Assembly (NCBI RefSeq): GCF_009914755.1
Contig: NC_060925.1
Strand: one strand, 5' to 3'
DNA: 64,000 nucleotides
DNA from: the human T2T-CHM13v2.0 reference genome, Homo sapiens
Under the pieces are notes generated by a model, which worked only from the letters and a program-made list of their open reading frames with translations, had not been told where the DNA came from and searched no databases. Made by a program: the position numbers and the translations under genes. Shown piece by piece: positions 1-15,310 of the stretch (position 1 is the first letter of the stretch; each line of letters starts with the position of its first letter).

Positions 1-120
1 TTATTGTGAACAGTGCCGCAATAAACATACATGTGTATGTGTCTTTATAGTGGAATGATTTAAAATCCTTTGGGTATATATCCAGTAATGGGATTGCTGG
101 GTCAAATGGTATTTCTGGTT
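1..120 (-). mobile_element. L1 (L1PA/L1PB-type) ORF2 3' fragment, cut by window edge
   Basis: Antisense L1 motif gcaataaacatacatgtg...cctttgggtatatatccagtaatgggattgctgggtcaaatggtatttct. Confidence 0.9.
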
Positions 121-217
121 TTATCTTTTATCTGTCTGTCTTGGTGAACATTCTGGAAATAGAACAAAATATTTCTGCTGGTCCAGTCCGGCCCTCAGGC
201 TGCTGCTCTGTCTCAAA

Positions 218-853
218 CTACACACCCCTAACATTTGCAGGGCCCTGGACAATAGTACAAAGGAAGGCCCACACACTATATGTCTAAATATGTGAGAATT
301 ACCAACTCAGCTAACAGACTGCTAAGTGAAATATGTTCCATCCCCCTACCTCACAAATGCACCTGGAAAGCCAGGTTTGAACACAGCGTCTGAACTCCAC
401 AATAGTCTGTGCTCATGGCTACTGGGGAAAGCCGTCTTTGGCTCCCAGCCCCCAGCCCCCAGCCCCTTTCTTCAACCCTGACTCTGTGCCACCTCACAAG
501 GAGCCCCTCCTCACCAACATACATGTGGATATCCTAACCTCCATGCCCAAGATCTGTCTACATCCTCTGCAAACCAGCACCCCTTGACCATCTCCAGCTG
601 AGGGGTGGACACACATCAGCAATGGGACCCTCTCCTGGGGATGGACCTGGGGAAAAGCCTGTCGCAGTCTTAGAAGAAGGCTTGGGGTCGTTTGACAGAA
701 ATTCTGGGGTCCCGGGTACTTAGAGGTCTGGACAGCTGTGGGAGGGTGCAGGGAGAGTTGGGGGGCACATCTGGGAGGGGACTAGAGCAGGGCCCTCTAC
801 AGAGGACAGCCTAGGACAGGGGACCCTCTAGCCCAGGTCTAAGGGCAGAACTG
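218..853. mobile_element. MER115-like hAT-Tip100 DNA transposon
   Basis: Termini cccctaacatttgcagggccc... and ...gcccaggtctaagggcagaactg; 8-bp TSD-like gtctcaaa (210-217) / gtctcaag (854-861). Confidence 0.7.
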
Positions 854-934
854 GTCTCAAGTGTATCTAAGGGCTTTTAAGCATTAATGAGGTGTCAAAA
901 AGAATCCTAATTGCATACATTTTTATTAGCAACG

Positions 935-1092
935 GACTGAGATGCAGGGACTTGGGTTCCAAGCCCACCTCTGCCAATAACCTACTCCATGTCTTAGGGA
1001 CAAATTGCTTCTCTCTGGGCCTCGATTTTATCATCAATTAAATAAAGGTGTTGGACTAGGTCATCTGTAATTTGCTTTTCCACCCTCTAAGT
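935..1092 (+). mobile_element. MIR-family SINE
   Basis: gacttgggttccaagcccacctctgcca...ctctgggcctcgattttatcatc core. Confidence 0.75.
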
Positions 1093-2008
1093 GAAATGTG
1101 TTTGCTTTCATTCGTGTCAACTCATGTTAAACTTTGATTTTGTGCAGAAGTTAGGAGAGGAAATACTTTTAGATCTACGACTTATTTCTTATTTGAGAAG
1201 AGTTTCCTTGTGTTTTTGGTCACTGAAGGAAAAAAAAGATGGGGTGAGGGGGCTGCCAGGAATGAAATATTTGGCTCATATTGCTAATTATTTGTATTAA
1301 GTGGTTGTATAATGGGGAATTTGAATATAAATACCTGGTCTTTTTAGTGTAACATTTACCCATGAGAATTACAAAAATCCTCAGTGCAATCAGAGTTCAT
1401 TTAAATGTTAATTTTAATTTTTATTCACCACTTGGTCTTGGTGCTGAAATACACATAAGTTAAAGCAACTGCAGCGGAGGTGCCTTCTGCCACCCCTGGC
1501 AGAACTCACTCTTGCGCTAATGGTTGTTTCCCATGATTTATTTCTCCTGTGGATCACCTTTGTCGCAAGAGAAGAGAAAATGAATTTCTTTAGAAGGTGT
1601 ATTAATCTACCTCAGCACACATCAAGGTGCAAAAAATAAAACAGCAGAAGCACACTCCTTGGGAACATAGAAGCAGTACAGATAAGGGGTTGGCATGGAA
1701 CAGAAAGGGGGCAGAAGACATTTTGTTACTTTAAAATAAACTAATGTGGGCAGACTTTTAAAAAAAAGTCATCCAAATTTTTATACCCATGCATGCTCAG
1801 AACAAAAACGCAGTTCCTTGAAAAATGATTGTTTTTGCTCTTTCCCGGGGAAAATCATCCTGTTCCGAAGCCACCTACCCAAGACAGTCTGCACCAGGGA
1901 GAGCAGCAACACTTGGGCTGAATAGTTCTTTGCTGTGGGGCTGCCCTATACACTGTAGGATGTTTAGCAGCATCCTTGGCCTCTGCCCACCGGACGTCAG
2001 TGGCACCC

Positions 2009-2754
<746 letters not shown>

Positions 2755-2841
2755 CATTTCTAGTTGTGACAACCCAAAATGCTTCCAGATATGGCCAGAT
2801 GTCCTCTGCAGGGCAAAACCACCCCTGCTTGAGAACCACTG

Positions 2842-2973
2842 TTGTGCATATTACCTATGGCTGCTTTCACCTGACCCCGGTGGAATTCAGTAATTGTGAC
2901 AGAGACTGAGAGGCCTGCAAAGCCTAAAATATTTATTATCTGACCTTTTCTATAAAAAGTTTGCAGGCTCCTG
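2842..2973. mobile_element. MER58A fragment
   Basis: tatggctgctttcac...gacagagact...cctgcaaagcctaaaatatttattatctg...aaaagtttgc. Confidence 0.75.
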
Positions 2974-3814
2974 CTCTCAACTCTCCTGTGGTGCACTGTG
3001 AGCTGGTTGTGGGGCCCTGAGGCACACTAGGTTCTGTAGAATCAGCCCATGAATGGCTGAGCGTGGAACTAAAGATGCAAGGTGAGGATGCCGTTGTGCA
3101 GAGGAGGACTGTCGCTTGCCCTGGGATGCACGGCTGGCCAAGTGGTGTGATTGATTCATACACGTCTAGGACTCCAGCCTTTAGGGTCCCCGTTCTCAGC
3201 CCTAATTTTACTTCCTGATTGCTCTTCATCTCTGGAATGGGTCTCTCTTGACCAGTTGCTTCCTCGGGCCACCTTGTGATTGCCAGGAAGGTTCTCAGTT
3301 TCTCAGAACTCAGCCTCTGTGTTACATGGGGCTTTAGGCTGTTCCCATGTGGACTTCGTTCTTGACAGTTCTTTGATCCCAGGTGTTCGTTCTGCTATTG
3401 GCTTGCCACTGTCACCGTCCATAGAGTGCCAAGATGCCGTTGGTGGGACTCTTCTCTCCTAAAAATGTCTTCTGCAAAAAATGTCTGTAAAGGGCTGTCC
3501 CCATGGTAAGTAATGAAAAGGTTTTTTCTAGACCCCTTTGACTTTGGGAAGGCAAAGAAGACACCCTTAAGATGGGTGCTGCTGCAAAAGACTTACATGT
3601 TACTCAAAAGATCTTTCTTCAGCATTGTTTCCTGGCCGTCTCTGTCCCTCAGCCCCTTGATCGCAGCAGCAGCAGTTAAACTGTCCATCATTCAATTGGG
3701 GTTGGATTGCTTTTTCAGACCTGGAAGATGGACCTTGTATTGATTCCTTCAGGCTCTGCGGTGATACTGGAATCTTTGAAGAGAAAAAAGAAACCAAAAG
3801 ATGGTGTAGATAAT

Positions 3815-4253
3815 TGTTATGGGTTGAATTGTGTTTCCCAAAAAGATATGTGGAAATCCTAAGCCCTGGTACCTGTGAATGTGATCTTATTTAGGAACAT
3901 AATCTTTGCAGATGAAATCTAAGTTAAAAAGAGGTCACTGGGGTGGGGGGATATGGCTGGAGTTCTTACACGGAGAGAAGACACACCAAGACCGACACAG
4001 AGGGAGAAAGCAATGTGAAAATGGAGGCAGGGATTGGAGTGATGCATCTCCAAGCCAGGGAATGCCAAGAGTTGCCGGCAGCCGCCTGCCACGGAGAGAA
4101 AGGTGTGGAACTGCTATTCCCTGGGAGGCCCCAAGAAAGAAGCAACTCTGCTGACATTGGACTTCTGTTCTCCAAGACTGCGAGAGAATAGCTTTTGTTG
4201 TTTTAAGCCACTTTGTTGTGGTGATCTGTTACGGTGGCCCTAGAAAAGACACA
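3815..4253 (+). mobile_element. MLT1C-like MaLR solo LTR
   Basis: tgttatgggttgaattgtgtttcccaaaaagatatg...ttttaagccac...ccctagaaaagacaca. Confidence 0.85.
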
Positions 4254-4856
4254 TGATCGTTAAGGGGTTCATGTATTCTTGCACCTTCTGTATTTTTACT
4301 TCTCCATGTGGTTTAGCAATCAAATGGCTTTGGGGTCAGGACACATGGCTGGCACTGATGAGCTGATGTACACTCTTGCCACTCCCCAACCTCTTTCTTC
4401 CTGGCAGTTATTCTTGTTCATAATTATACATGTGCCTGTGTAATTATTTGAGTGTCTGCTTATCCCGCTAGATCTAAACTCCATCCACAGCATTCAGCAT
4501 CGTGATTGGCAGCAACAGGCATTTAATAAGTATTTTGTTGAGAGACCTTGAGCAAATCATCTATCATTTCTGAACTTCAGTTTCCCTATCTTAAAAATAG
4601 AAATATTAATGGTGCTGTAAGAGAGGGACCAAATCTGTCTTAGTCCATTTGGGCTGCTCTAGCTAAATAACATAAAGTAGGGGAACTTATAAACAGCATA
4701 AACATATTTCTCACAGCTCTGCAGGCTGGGAAGTCCAGAGTTGGAACACCGGCAGATTGAGTGTCTGGTGAGGGCCAGCTTCCTGGTTCATAGACGGCGC
4801 CTTCTCACTGTGTCCTCACAGGATGGAAGGGGCAAGGCAGCTCTCTGGGGCCTCTC

Positions 4857-5154
<298 letters not shown>

Positions 5155-5179
5155 TCTGGGGTCTCTCTTATAAGGGCAC

Positions 5180-6131
<952 letters not shown>

Positions 6132-7603
6132 GACATCACTGCCATTGATGGGAGCTCCATCTTCATGATCCCATCAACTCTCAAAGGCCCCACTTTCTAA
6201 TATCACATTGGTGATTAGGTCTCAACAGATGAATTTTGGGGGGATGTAAACATTCAGACCATAACAAAATCCTTTTCCTTTTACCCTTCTAAGTTCTCAG
6301 CTGGGGTCCCTATAATGAAAGACAGATTGACAAGAGGAAAACAAACAAGTTTATTAATATGTATATCTCATATGTTCATTGGAAATACCCAAGGAATGAG
6401 TAACTTGAAGAGGTGGCTTAGAGCTCCTTCTCATATAACTAATCTTTCACAAAGGATAATACATTAGCAGAGAAATGACAGGACACAGGAAGGTGGTTTT
6501 AGGCTTCTAAGACTGGGAAAATGTGGGAAGGGAAATACACGGGGGAAACTAATGGAGTAAGGTTTGTTTGTGGATTCCTCTGGTGCTGTAAGAATCTGGA
6601 GTCATCTCCAGTAAGGAGAATTTATATCCTGCCCTTAGGCAGAAAAGGGGGTGGGTAGAGAGAGATTTTGCTGTATTTGTTGCTTCTTAGTTGCCTTCAG
6701 CTCAAAGACAATTTTTATGTCCAAGTGGCATATTTGAGGGTGACATACCAGGCTCCTTCAGTACCTACTTCATTGGTCATTTTGAGGATTAAATGAGATA
6801 CTGTATGTGCAGCATGATGCATAACATGCGGTTGATGCTGGCGTGAGCGTTTTCTGCATGACTCTTTTCTGTAAAAGCTTCGGTAGCACATAGAGCTTTG
6901 AGTATTGTGTATCTGCTCGGAATATAGGCCCAGCACATAGCCAGCTTGTGTAACTTGTTTTGACAACCCCAGGTAATGATTTGTCATTAAGAGCTACAGT
7001 TGAAGTTTGACCCCCCCAGGGAAGTTTCCATGGTTTCTAAGACCTCAGCACTAAACAGCCCTGAAGATACAGAAAGAACCTTCCTTCAAATTGCTGTTAA
7101 GGCCATACTTGTCACCCTGGGAAAAGCTAATGGACAGAAACATATTGATGTGTTAACAGTTTGAGACCCTTCCCCTAAGAAAACCTTTTAGCTAGCAAGG
7201 GTTCATTCACCTTAATTAAAAATTATCCAATGGATACATCTCTTTCCATCACTCTATGGACACACATGGTGTTGGTTTTTTTTTTTTTAAGGAATTAAAT
7301 TTAAAACCTCATCCTTCTTCAAATAAATCCTTTGTTTGCTTTATTAAGCAGAAAAGCCTGCTGGCTATTAGTTGTCAATTAAATTTAGGTGTTAATTAAA
7401 ATGGCCATGTCCAAGCACTCCTGGAGATTAATCTTCCACTTGGGGCCCCGTTGTTGAAGATGGCCGTGAACTGCATTACATTATCTGTGATATGACCACT
7501 CGGTACCACCCTGGGACACAGGAGAGCTGACTTAAGGATGAGCTTGTTGCATACATTTTAAACAGCTCTTCCCAGTTGATGAGCCATACCTAGGATGATT
7601 TAA

Positions 7604-7842
7604 ATCACGAGTATGGCCAATGGGTCAAATCTCATCCTCTGCTTGTTTTTGTATGGCTCGTGTGCTAGGAATGGTTTCACATTTTCAAGTGGTTTGCAAT
7701 AGCCAAAAGAATAATAATTATTTCATGGCACATGAAAATCATGTGAAATCAAAATTTTAGTGCGCATGAATAAAATTCTACTGGTACATATCCACAACCA
7801 TGTGTTTACTTATTGTCTGAAGGTCTGTGGCCAATCCCTGAT
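7604..7842. mobile_element. MER58B-like hAT-Charlie MITE, internally deleted
   Basis: ttgtttttgtatggctcgtgtgctaggaatggttt...atgaaaatcatgtgaaatc; flanked by gatttaaa on both sides. Confidence 0.7.
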
Positions 7843-7909
7843 TTAAATGATCAGTGTGACATCAGCACTCAACTTGAGGACACATAGACACTTGTGTGCA
7901 CTCTGTCCC

Positions 7910-8243
7910 TTTTGCTTTGTTTTGTTTTGTTTGTTTTTTGAGACATAGTCTCATTCTTTTGTCCAGTCTGGAGTGCAGTGGTCCAATCAAGGCTTACTGC
8001 AGCCTTAACCTTCCGGGCTAGATCAATCTTCTGGGCTTGATTGATCCTCCTACCTCAGCCTCCTGAGAAGCTGGGATTACAGGTGTGTGCCATCGCCCCC
8101 AGCTAATTTTTTTATTTTTATTTTTGTAGAGACAGGGTCTCACTATGTTGCCCAGGCTGGCCTCAAACTCCTGGCTCAAGTGATCCTCCCGTCTCTGCCT
8201 CTCAAAGTGCTGGGATTACAGGCATGAGCCACTATGCCCAGCC
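7910..8243 (-). mobile_element. AluJ
   Basis: gcagccttaacc, ctcactatgttgcccaggctgg, ctcctggctcaagtgatcc; TSD cactctgtccctt / cactctgttcctt. Confidence 0.92.
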
Positions 8244-9082
8244 CACTCTGTTCCTTCTAGCATCTCTCTGATGGGGCTGCCTGGCCACCAAACGTTCCAT
8301 GGTGTGTTCATCCCTGAGTGGTAAAGCAGCATCATTCAATAATATGAATGTATTTATTCTCTTCTAAGTGATCAAGCTGTGGTTTTGTGAGGACTGCCTT
8401 TTATATACTGAGGCTGATTCTTGAGGTGTGCTTGGAATCAAATCCTACCTTTCGGGGATATCTTAAATCCAGTCTCTTACTGCATGTCCTCTTCTTAAAG
8501 GAGGAGAAAACCACCATTGCCTCCATACTTTGACAAGATAGTCCAGGCAAGGGGGAGCAATATTGCAAGATGTGGAGAGCTGACACCCTTCCTTGTTATT
8601 TCACAACAAGGGCCAGGCCTGTAGTAGATTTCTGAGCCTGCCTTCTTAAATGACTGCCCGGAGATGCAAGTCAACCCTTGATTGCATCCTGTGGGGAGAG
8701 TTAATAGTGTGTTCTGGGCATCTGATCAAGGAAGCCCTGCCCAGGAAGGATAACAAAATTAGACCGAGTGCTGCAGCATCTGAATCTTCGGGCCAAGTCC
8801 GAGCACCATGAAGCAGCAGTTAATGTGTGTTTTTGCCGAACCTCCATATGCCTGGACCTCACTTTTCCTGAGCATCCTATTTCTTTTTCTTGTGCTTTCC
8901 TAGCTGATCTGGATCAGGAGCCTTTCTTTGTACCTGTATTTCTCATATTTCCAGAGTAGAAATCCGATCTGGTCAAGGCAGATTGGTCTCACCTCTCTAA
9001 GTACCCCTCCCACTTTACCTCCCACTTACACTTAATGAACATTTACTATGTTTCAAGAAATATAATTAGAATCAAATACAAG

Positions 9083-9259
9083 GGCCAGGCGTGGTGGCTC
9101 ACGCCTGTAATCCCAGCACTTTGGGAGGCCGAGGCGGGTGGATCATGAGGTCAGATTGAGACCATCCTGGCTAACACGGTGAAACCCAGTCTCTACTAAA
9201 AATACAAAAAATTAGCCGGGTGTGGTGGCGGGCACCTGTAGTCCCAGCGACTCGGGAGG
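9083..9259 (+). mobile_element. AluY, 3'-truncated (no end of right arm, no poly-A)
   Basis: gaccatcctggctaacacggtg; homology stops after ctcgggagg. Confidence 0.9.
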
Positions 9260-9504
9260 TTTCCCTGCCACCTCTTCAGACATTAAAAGTCCAGGCTGTC
9301 CCCAGGGAACAAAACCTAATTGTCCTCACCCATCCCTGGCCTCTTGTTGATCTTTAGCCATGTAGAATCTTTGCATCATGGTCTTGATTGTTCTGTACAT
9401 AGAGCACTTTCTCATAGGTTATCAATTTGGCATAACTGTGTACCTATAAATAACATTGATGAGCATGATATTGATTTGATACATTTTAGTAGAAAATAAA
9501 TGTG

Positions 9505-9745
9505 GAAATCAATATGTGTGTTCTGGAATCAGCTACCTAGAATTGAATTCTATCTCTGTTACTTGCCAGCTGTGTGCCTTTGGGCAAGTTTAGTAACCTC
9601 TCTGAAACCTTAGTTGTCTCATGTCTCATCTGAAAAGTGAGATGATGAGCAACATGAATGGTATTGAAGAGAAGTGATTTATGCAAGTGACTAGCATGGT
9701 GCCTGGCTCAGAATAAGTGGTCTATACATAAGAGCTGATGCTAAT
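9505..9745 (+). mobile_element. MIR
   Basis: ctggaatcagctacctagaattgaattc...gggcaagtt...gtgcctggctcagaataagtg. Confidence 0.8.
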
Positions 9746-10044
9746 GCATCTTTATTGTGCTTTCAGGTAGCAAAGAGTTTATTGATATGCCTTGGAGTGT
9801 GCAGCATTAGAAAGACTTAGATCTGGGAATGTTACAGAAGCCAATATGTGTAAACATGCACATATTGGTCATTAATTTCAAAGACTTTCTCCTGAACCCA
9901 GTGTGATTGGAAATGACAACTTTATATTAGACTCATATCTCATCACAGCATCACTGGAGGCTGATGTGGGCCCAGATGTTGTTTTCAGCATTGTCCCTCT
10001 GATTACTTTATCCTCATGAAATCAGTTAATCCTCCCACACTTTC

Positions 10045-10560
10045 TTCTATTTAACAAATATTTATGAATCACTTACTGTGTGTTAGTCATTGTCCTAGGA
10101 CCTGTGAGCAAAACAAACATGGTGTGTTCTGTAGTACAGTTGGAAGCAGACAGACGTTAATCAAATAATCACACACAGATTTACATTTTTAAAGACCCAT
10201 CTGGCTGCAGTGAGGAGGCTGGATAGAAGGCACTAATGGAAACACAGAGACCCATGAGAAGGCTAACACAGCCCCTCTGGAGGGAGGTGATGGTGGATTG
10301 GACAGGGATAGTGTGGTCAGATGGAGAGAAGCGGGAAGGTCTGGGGACGATCAGAAGGTAAAATCAAGAAGACCAGATATTAGAAAAGATGGAATGTGGA
10401 AGTTGAGATGAACAGGAGTGACCCCCTGGTTTCTGGATTGTGGCCTTGGAGGGAGGGAACTCTGGAAGAAGTCCAGGTGGTAGGCAGAAGAGCATGAGTG
10501 CAGTTTGGACATCCAGGTGGGGTGTCAGTCAGATGTTGGATTTATGGGTCTCAGAGGAAT
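10045..10560. mobile_element. L2 fragments
   Basis: tttaacaaatatttatgaatcacttactgtgtg; gcagtttggacatccaggtgg. Confidence 0.65.
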
Positions 10561-10882
10561 TCTCCCTGCTATTTGGCACATGCAACCTGACCCTATACAG
10601 TGAAAAAATATATTGCCAAATCCCCTGCCCATGTATGTGTACACACAGGGTTAAATACATCCTTTACATATTGTACACATCATTAAAAATCAATCATTTC
10701 CTGCTCTGTTGCAGCCCATGTTAAGGGGATTGGCTATCATTAAGCAAGTTCAAGGTGATGCAGTTTGCTCCAATATAATAGTGGTGGAACCATTTACTTC
10801 AATCTGTAACTTTAAAAAAAAAGTAAAACCTAATTGGCCATCTTATATCAATACAATAGTCATTAAAAATGTACATGTGTGT

Positions 10883-11057
10883 CACCAGGGCCTGTTGTGG
10901 GGTGGGGGGAGGGGAGAGGGATAGCATTAGGAGATATACCTAATGTTAAATGACGAGTTAATGGGTGCAGCACACCAACATGGCACACGTATAGATATGT
11001 AACAAACCTGCACGTTGTGCACATGTACCCTAAAACTTAAAGTATAATAAAAAAAAG
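10883..11057 (+). mobile_element. Young L1PA (about PA3-PA5) 3' UTR end
   Basis: gggatagcattaggagatatacctaatgttaaatgacgag...ccctaaaacttaaagtataataaaaa; TSD aaaaatgtacatgtgtgt / aaaaaagtacgtgtgtgt. Confidence 0.92.
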
Positions 11058-11150
11058 TACGTGTGTGTGTATATGTGTGTGCATATATATGTGTGTGTGT
11101 ACATTCATGTATGTGTACATGCATGTATGAGTGTATGTGTGTATGTGTGT
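11058..11150. repeat. (TG/TA)n degenerate microsatellite
   Basis: Direct reading. Confidence 0.9.
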
Positions 11151-12349
11151 AAATTGGATCCCTACAAGATTAAAGGGATTTCTTGGAAGCTCTGAGGTGG
11201 CTTCCAAGTCTCTGATGTGATTCCTGGGTTCTTTCATTCAAAGATTCCCAATACTTTCAGTGTGCTATTCTTCCCCCAGTTACACTAAATGCCCTGGAGT
11301 TTGCTGTCATCTTAGAACAAATCCATTTATCTCTGAGAACCACAGTGGTTTGTAGAAACTATTTTGAACTCATTGTAATTAGGTAACTCTTAGCTAATTG
11401 GATTGTGACTTTTTGGATGTAATTGCTTTGTCAGTTTTATTGGGGCATAATTTACGTAAGATAAATTAATCAATTTCAGTGTACATTTCAATGAGTTTGG
11501 ACAAACGTATGTAGTCTTGTAACCACCGCCACCAATGTGAAATAGAACATTCCGTTACCCCAGGAGCTTGCTTGTGTCCCTTTACAGCGGATCCCTTCTC
11601 ACCACCCCCTGACCACTGGCAACCCTGCACCTGCTTTCTGTCACTATAGTTTTGCTTGCTCTAGAGTTTTATAAAATTGAAGTCACTCAGCATGGAAACT
11701 TTTGTGTCTACCTCCTTACACTTAGCATATTGCTTTTGACAGTCATTCATGTTGTTGCCTGTATCAGGAGCTCATTCCTTTCCATGGCTGTGTAATATTT
11801 CATTTTATGGGTATGCCACGATTCACAGGTGATGGACATTTGGGCTCCTCCTAGTTTTAGGCAATGAATAAAGTTACTATAAACATTCACATACAAGTCT
11901 TTCTAGGTGGATATGAGCTTTTATTTCTCTTTAATAAATACCTTGGAATGGAATTAGTGGCTTGCTTATATGGTAAGTGTAACTTTATAAGAAATCATCA
12001 AACTGTTTTCCAGAGTGACTAACATTTTGCATTCTCTCTCAGCAATATATGAGAATTTCAGTTTTTCCACATTCCCCCCAATACTTTTTAAATATGGCCA
12101 TATGAAAAAATGTGAAGTGATACCCCATAGTGGTTTTGATTTGCTATTTTTCTAATGATTATTGTTGTTCAGCATCTTATTGGCCCTCATATTCTTATTT
12201 GCCATCCTCTTAAATATACTTTGGTGAGATGTCTGTTCAAATCCCTTGCTCATATTTGTTGGATATTTTGATTTCATACAATTGAGTTTTAGGAGTTCTT
12301 CATATATTTTGGACGCAAATCTCTTATCAAATATACATCTTGCAAATAT

Positions 12350-12631
12350 TTTATTTTGGTTTGGTTTGGTTTATTTTAAGTTCTGGGGTACATGGGTAGG
12401 ATGTGCAGGTTTGTTACATAGGTAAACGTGTGCCATGGTGGTTTGCATTACCTATGAACCCATCATCTAGGTATTAAGCCTGGCAGGCATTAGCTATTTT
12501 TCCTGATGCTCCTCCCCTCCCCCAGGTCTCCCCCAACAGGACCCAGTGTATGTTCTTCCCCTCCCTGTTTCCATGCGGTCTCATTATTCAGCTCCCACTT
12601 ATAAGTGAGACCATATGGTAGGTATTTGGTT
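12350..12631 (-). mobile_element. L1PA (about PA8-PA13) 3' end inserted in the L1M
   Basis: aagttctggggtacatg...gtttgttacataggtaaacgtgtgccatggtggtttg...cccacttataagtgaga. Confidence 0.88.
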
Positions 12632-15179
12632 CTCCCAGTCTATGGTTTGCCTTTTCATTTTCTTATCAGTATCTCAAATATTAAAAGGTTTTAATTTTGA
12701 TGTTAAATTTATCAATTGTTTCTTTTATATTTCACATTTACTCTAAAGAACTTTAAGTTTTTAAGTTCTAAAGACATAAATAATCTTTGCCTATTTAAGT
12801 AGACTTTGCTGTACTCAAAGAATTAATATTTTCTCCTATTTTTTTCTAGAAGTTTTATAATTTAGCTTTTACATTTAGGTCTATGATCCATTTGGAGTTA
12901 ATTTTTGTACATAGTATGAGGGAAGGGTCTAGATACGGATATCCAATTGTTCGAGGATAATTTATTTAAAAGATTATCTTTTCTCCATTGAATTGTCTTG
13001 ACATCTTTGTTGAAATTTAATTGACCATGTATGCGTGGGTCAATTTGTAGACACTGTCTTCTGTGTTGTTATGCAAATGCTACACAGTCTTGATATCTTC
13101 AGCTTTATAATATCTTGAAATCAAATAATTGTAAGGCCTCCAACTTTTTCTTTTTAAAAATTGTTTTTGCTATTCTAAGTCCTTTGTGTTTCTATCATTA
13201 GGTTGTGAATTTTTCAAAAACAGCTTGCTGGGAATTTGACTAGGGAGAACGGACGTCACCATCATCATCATAGTGAATCTTCTAGTCAATGAGCATATGA
13301 TGTATCTCTCCATTTATTTAGGTTGTTTTAAGTTTTCTCAGAAATGTTCTTCGTGTACAGGTCTTGCACTTAAAAAATTCTCACAATTTTGATGCTATCA
13401 TAAATGGCATTTTCATATTTAATTTCCAATTTTCTTTGGCAATATATAGAAATACAAATTATTGTTGTATAGTGACCTTTTATCTTCTGACCTTGCTAAA
13501 CTCACTTATTAGTTATAACTGTTTTGTAGATTCTTTAGAATTTTCTACAAAGGTAATCATTTAGTCTACAATAAAAGCCAGTTTTAATTATTTCTTTTTA
13601 ACTTCTTTGTGTATTCATTTCCTTTTCTTGCCTTATTTTACTGGCTAGATCTCTAGTGCAATAGCAAATAAAATGAGGCAGTGAACATCTTCACCTTGCT
13701 CCAGTTCTTATAGGGGAAGCATTCCACCTTTTCCACTAAGTATAGTGTTAGCTATAGAGTTTTAGATATGTTTCATCAGATTGAGGAAGTTCCTTTCTAT
13801 TCTTATTTTGCTGAGAGTTTTTTTTATCAAGAGTGGCTGTTAAAATTTTAAAATTATTTTTACATCTATTAAGAGAGTCAGACGGTTTTTCTGTTTTAGT
13901 ATGTTAATGTGGTGAATTACATGGATTAATTTTCAAACATTAAGCCAGTATTACAATTTTGACATCAACCCAGCTGGTCATGGTATATTTTTTAGAATAA
14001 ATTGCTGAATTTCATTTGCTAACATTTTGTGTAGTAATTTTGCATCTATACTTTTGAGAAGTATTGGTTTGTAGTTTTCTTTCCTTGTAATCTCTTTGTC
14101 TGGTTTTGGTATTAGGGTAATGGTGGACTCATAAACTGAGTTGGGAAGTGTTCCCTCTTGCTGTTTTTTTTTTTTTTCTTGATGTATGATGGTATTATTT
14201 CATCTTTAAATGTTGGGTAAAATTCACCAGTGATCACCTAGGCCTGACGATTTGTTTGTGAGAAGGTTTTTAGCTACTAATCTAATTTTTTCAATAGATA
14301 CAGGGCTATTCAATTTATCCAGTTCTTCTTAGATAAGCTTTTAGCTTTGGGTTTAATTTTTGCATCTTTTTCTAGTTTCTTAAAGCGTAAGCTAAGATCT
14401 TTGATCTTAGACCCTTCTTCTTTCTAACATAAAAATTTCATACTATAAATTTCCCTGTAAGCATTACTTCAGCTATACCTCACAAATTTGGGTACAATTT
14501 GATATCATTTCTCACTTAATTAAAAATATTTTATAATTTTATTATTTCTTCTTTGACCCATGGGTTATTTAGAAATGTGTTATTTAATTTTCAAATATTT
14601 GAAGATTTTCCAGATATCTTTCTGTTGTTTTGTCATAGATTTTTAATTCAGTTCCATTGTGGTCAGAGATTTATATGATTTCAATTCTTTAAATTTGTTA
14701 AAGATTGTTTTATGATCCAGAATACGATCTATTTTGGTAAATATTCCATGTTCACTTCAAAGAATGCTCTTCTGCTGTTGTTGGACAGGATGGTCTATAA
14801 ACATTGGTTAGACCAAGTTCATTGATAATGTTGCTCATGTCTTCTATATCTTTACTGATGTTATCTGTATACTTGTTTTTATCAATTATTGAGAGAAGAA
14901 TATTGAGGTCTCTGTAATTAGATATGTCTAGTTCTTCTTTTAGTTATATCATTTATTGTTTCATATACTTTGATGTTCTTTTATGAAGTCCATGCACATT
15001 TAGCATTTTTTTTTGCTCTCTTCATGAATGGGCCTTTTTATCATTATGAAATGTCCCTCTTTATCCCAGATAATATTCTCTGTTCTAAAATTTACTTTTT
15101 CTAAGATTCATACCATCATTCTAATTTTTTTTTTTTTGATTAGTGGTTGCATGCCTTACCATTTTCTAAAAAAAAAAAT

Positions 15180-15310
15180 CCAGACTTTATTTTTTAGGGC
15201 AATTTTAGGTCTACAGCAAAACTGAGAAGGTGCAAAGATTTCCATATTCCCTCTGCACCCACACATGCATAACCTCCCTTTAATATCAACATCTGCCACC
15301 AAAATGGATG
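15180..15310 (-). mobile_element. L1MC-type 3' end fragment
   Basis: agactttattttttagggcaattttaggtctacagcaaaactgag. Confidence 0.6.

Noticed and set aside
1484-1503. ttctgcca-cccc-tggcagaa palindrome as CTCF or NFI site
   Set aside because: Spacing does not fit the CTCF core, and the half-site orientation is opposite to the NFI consensus
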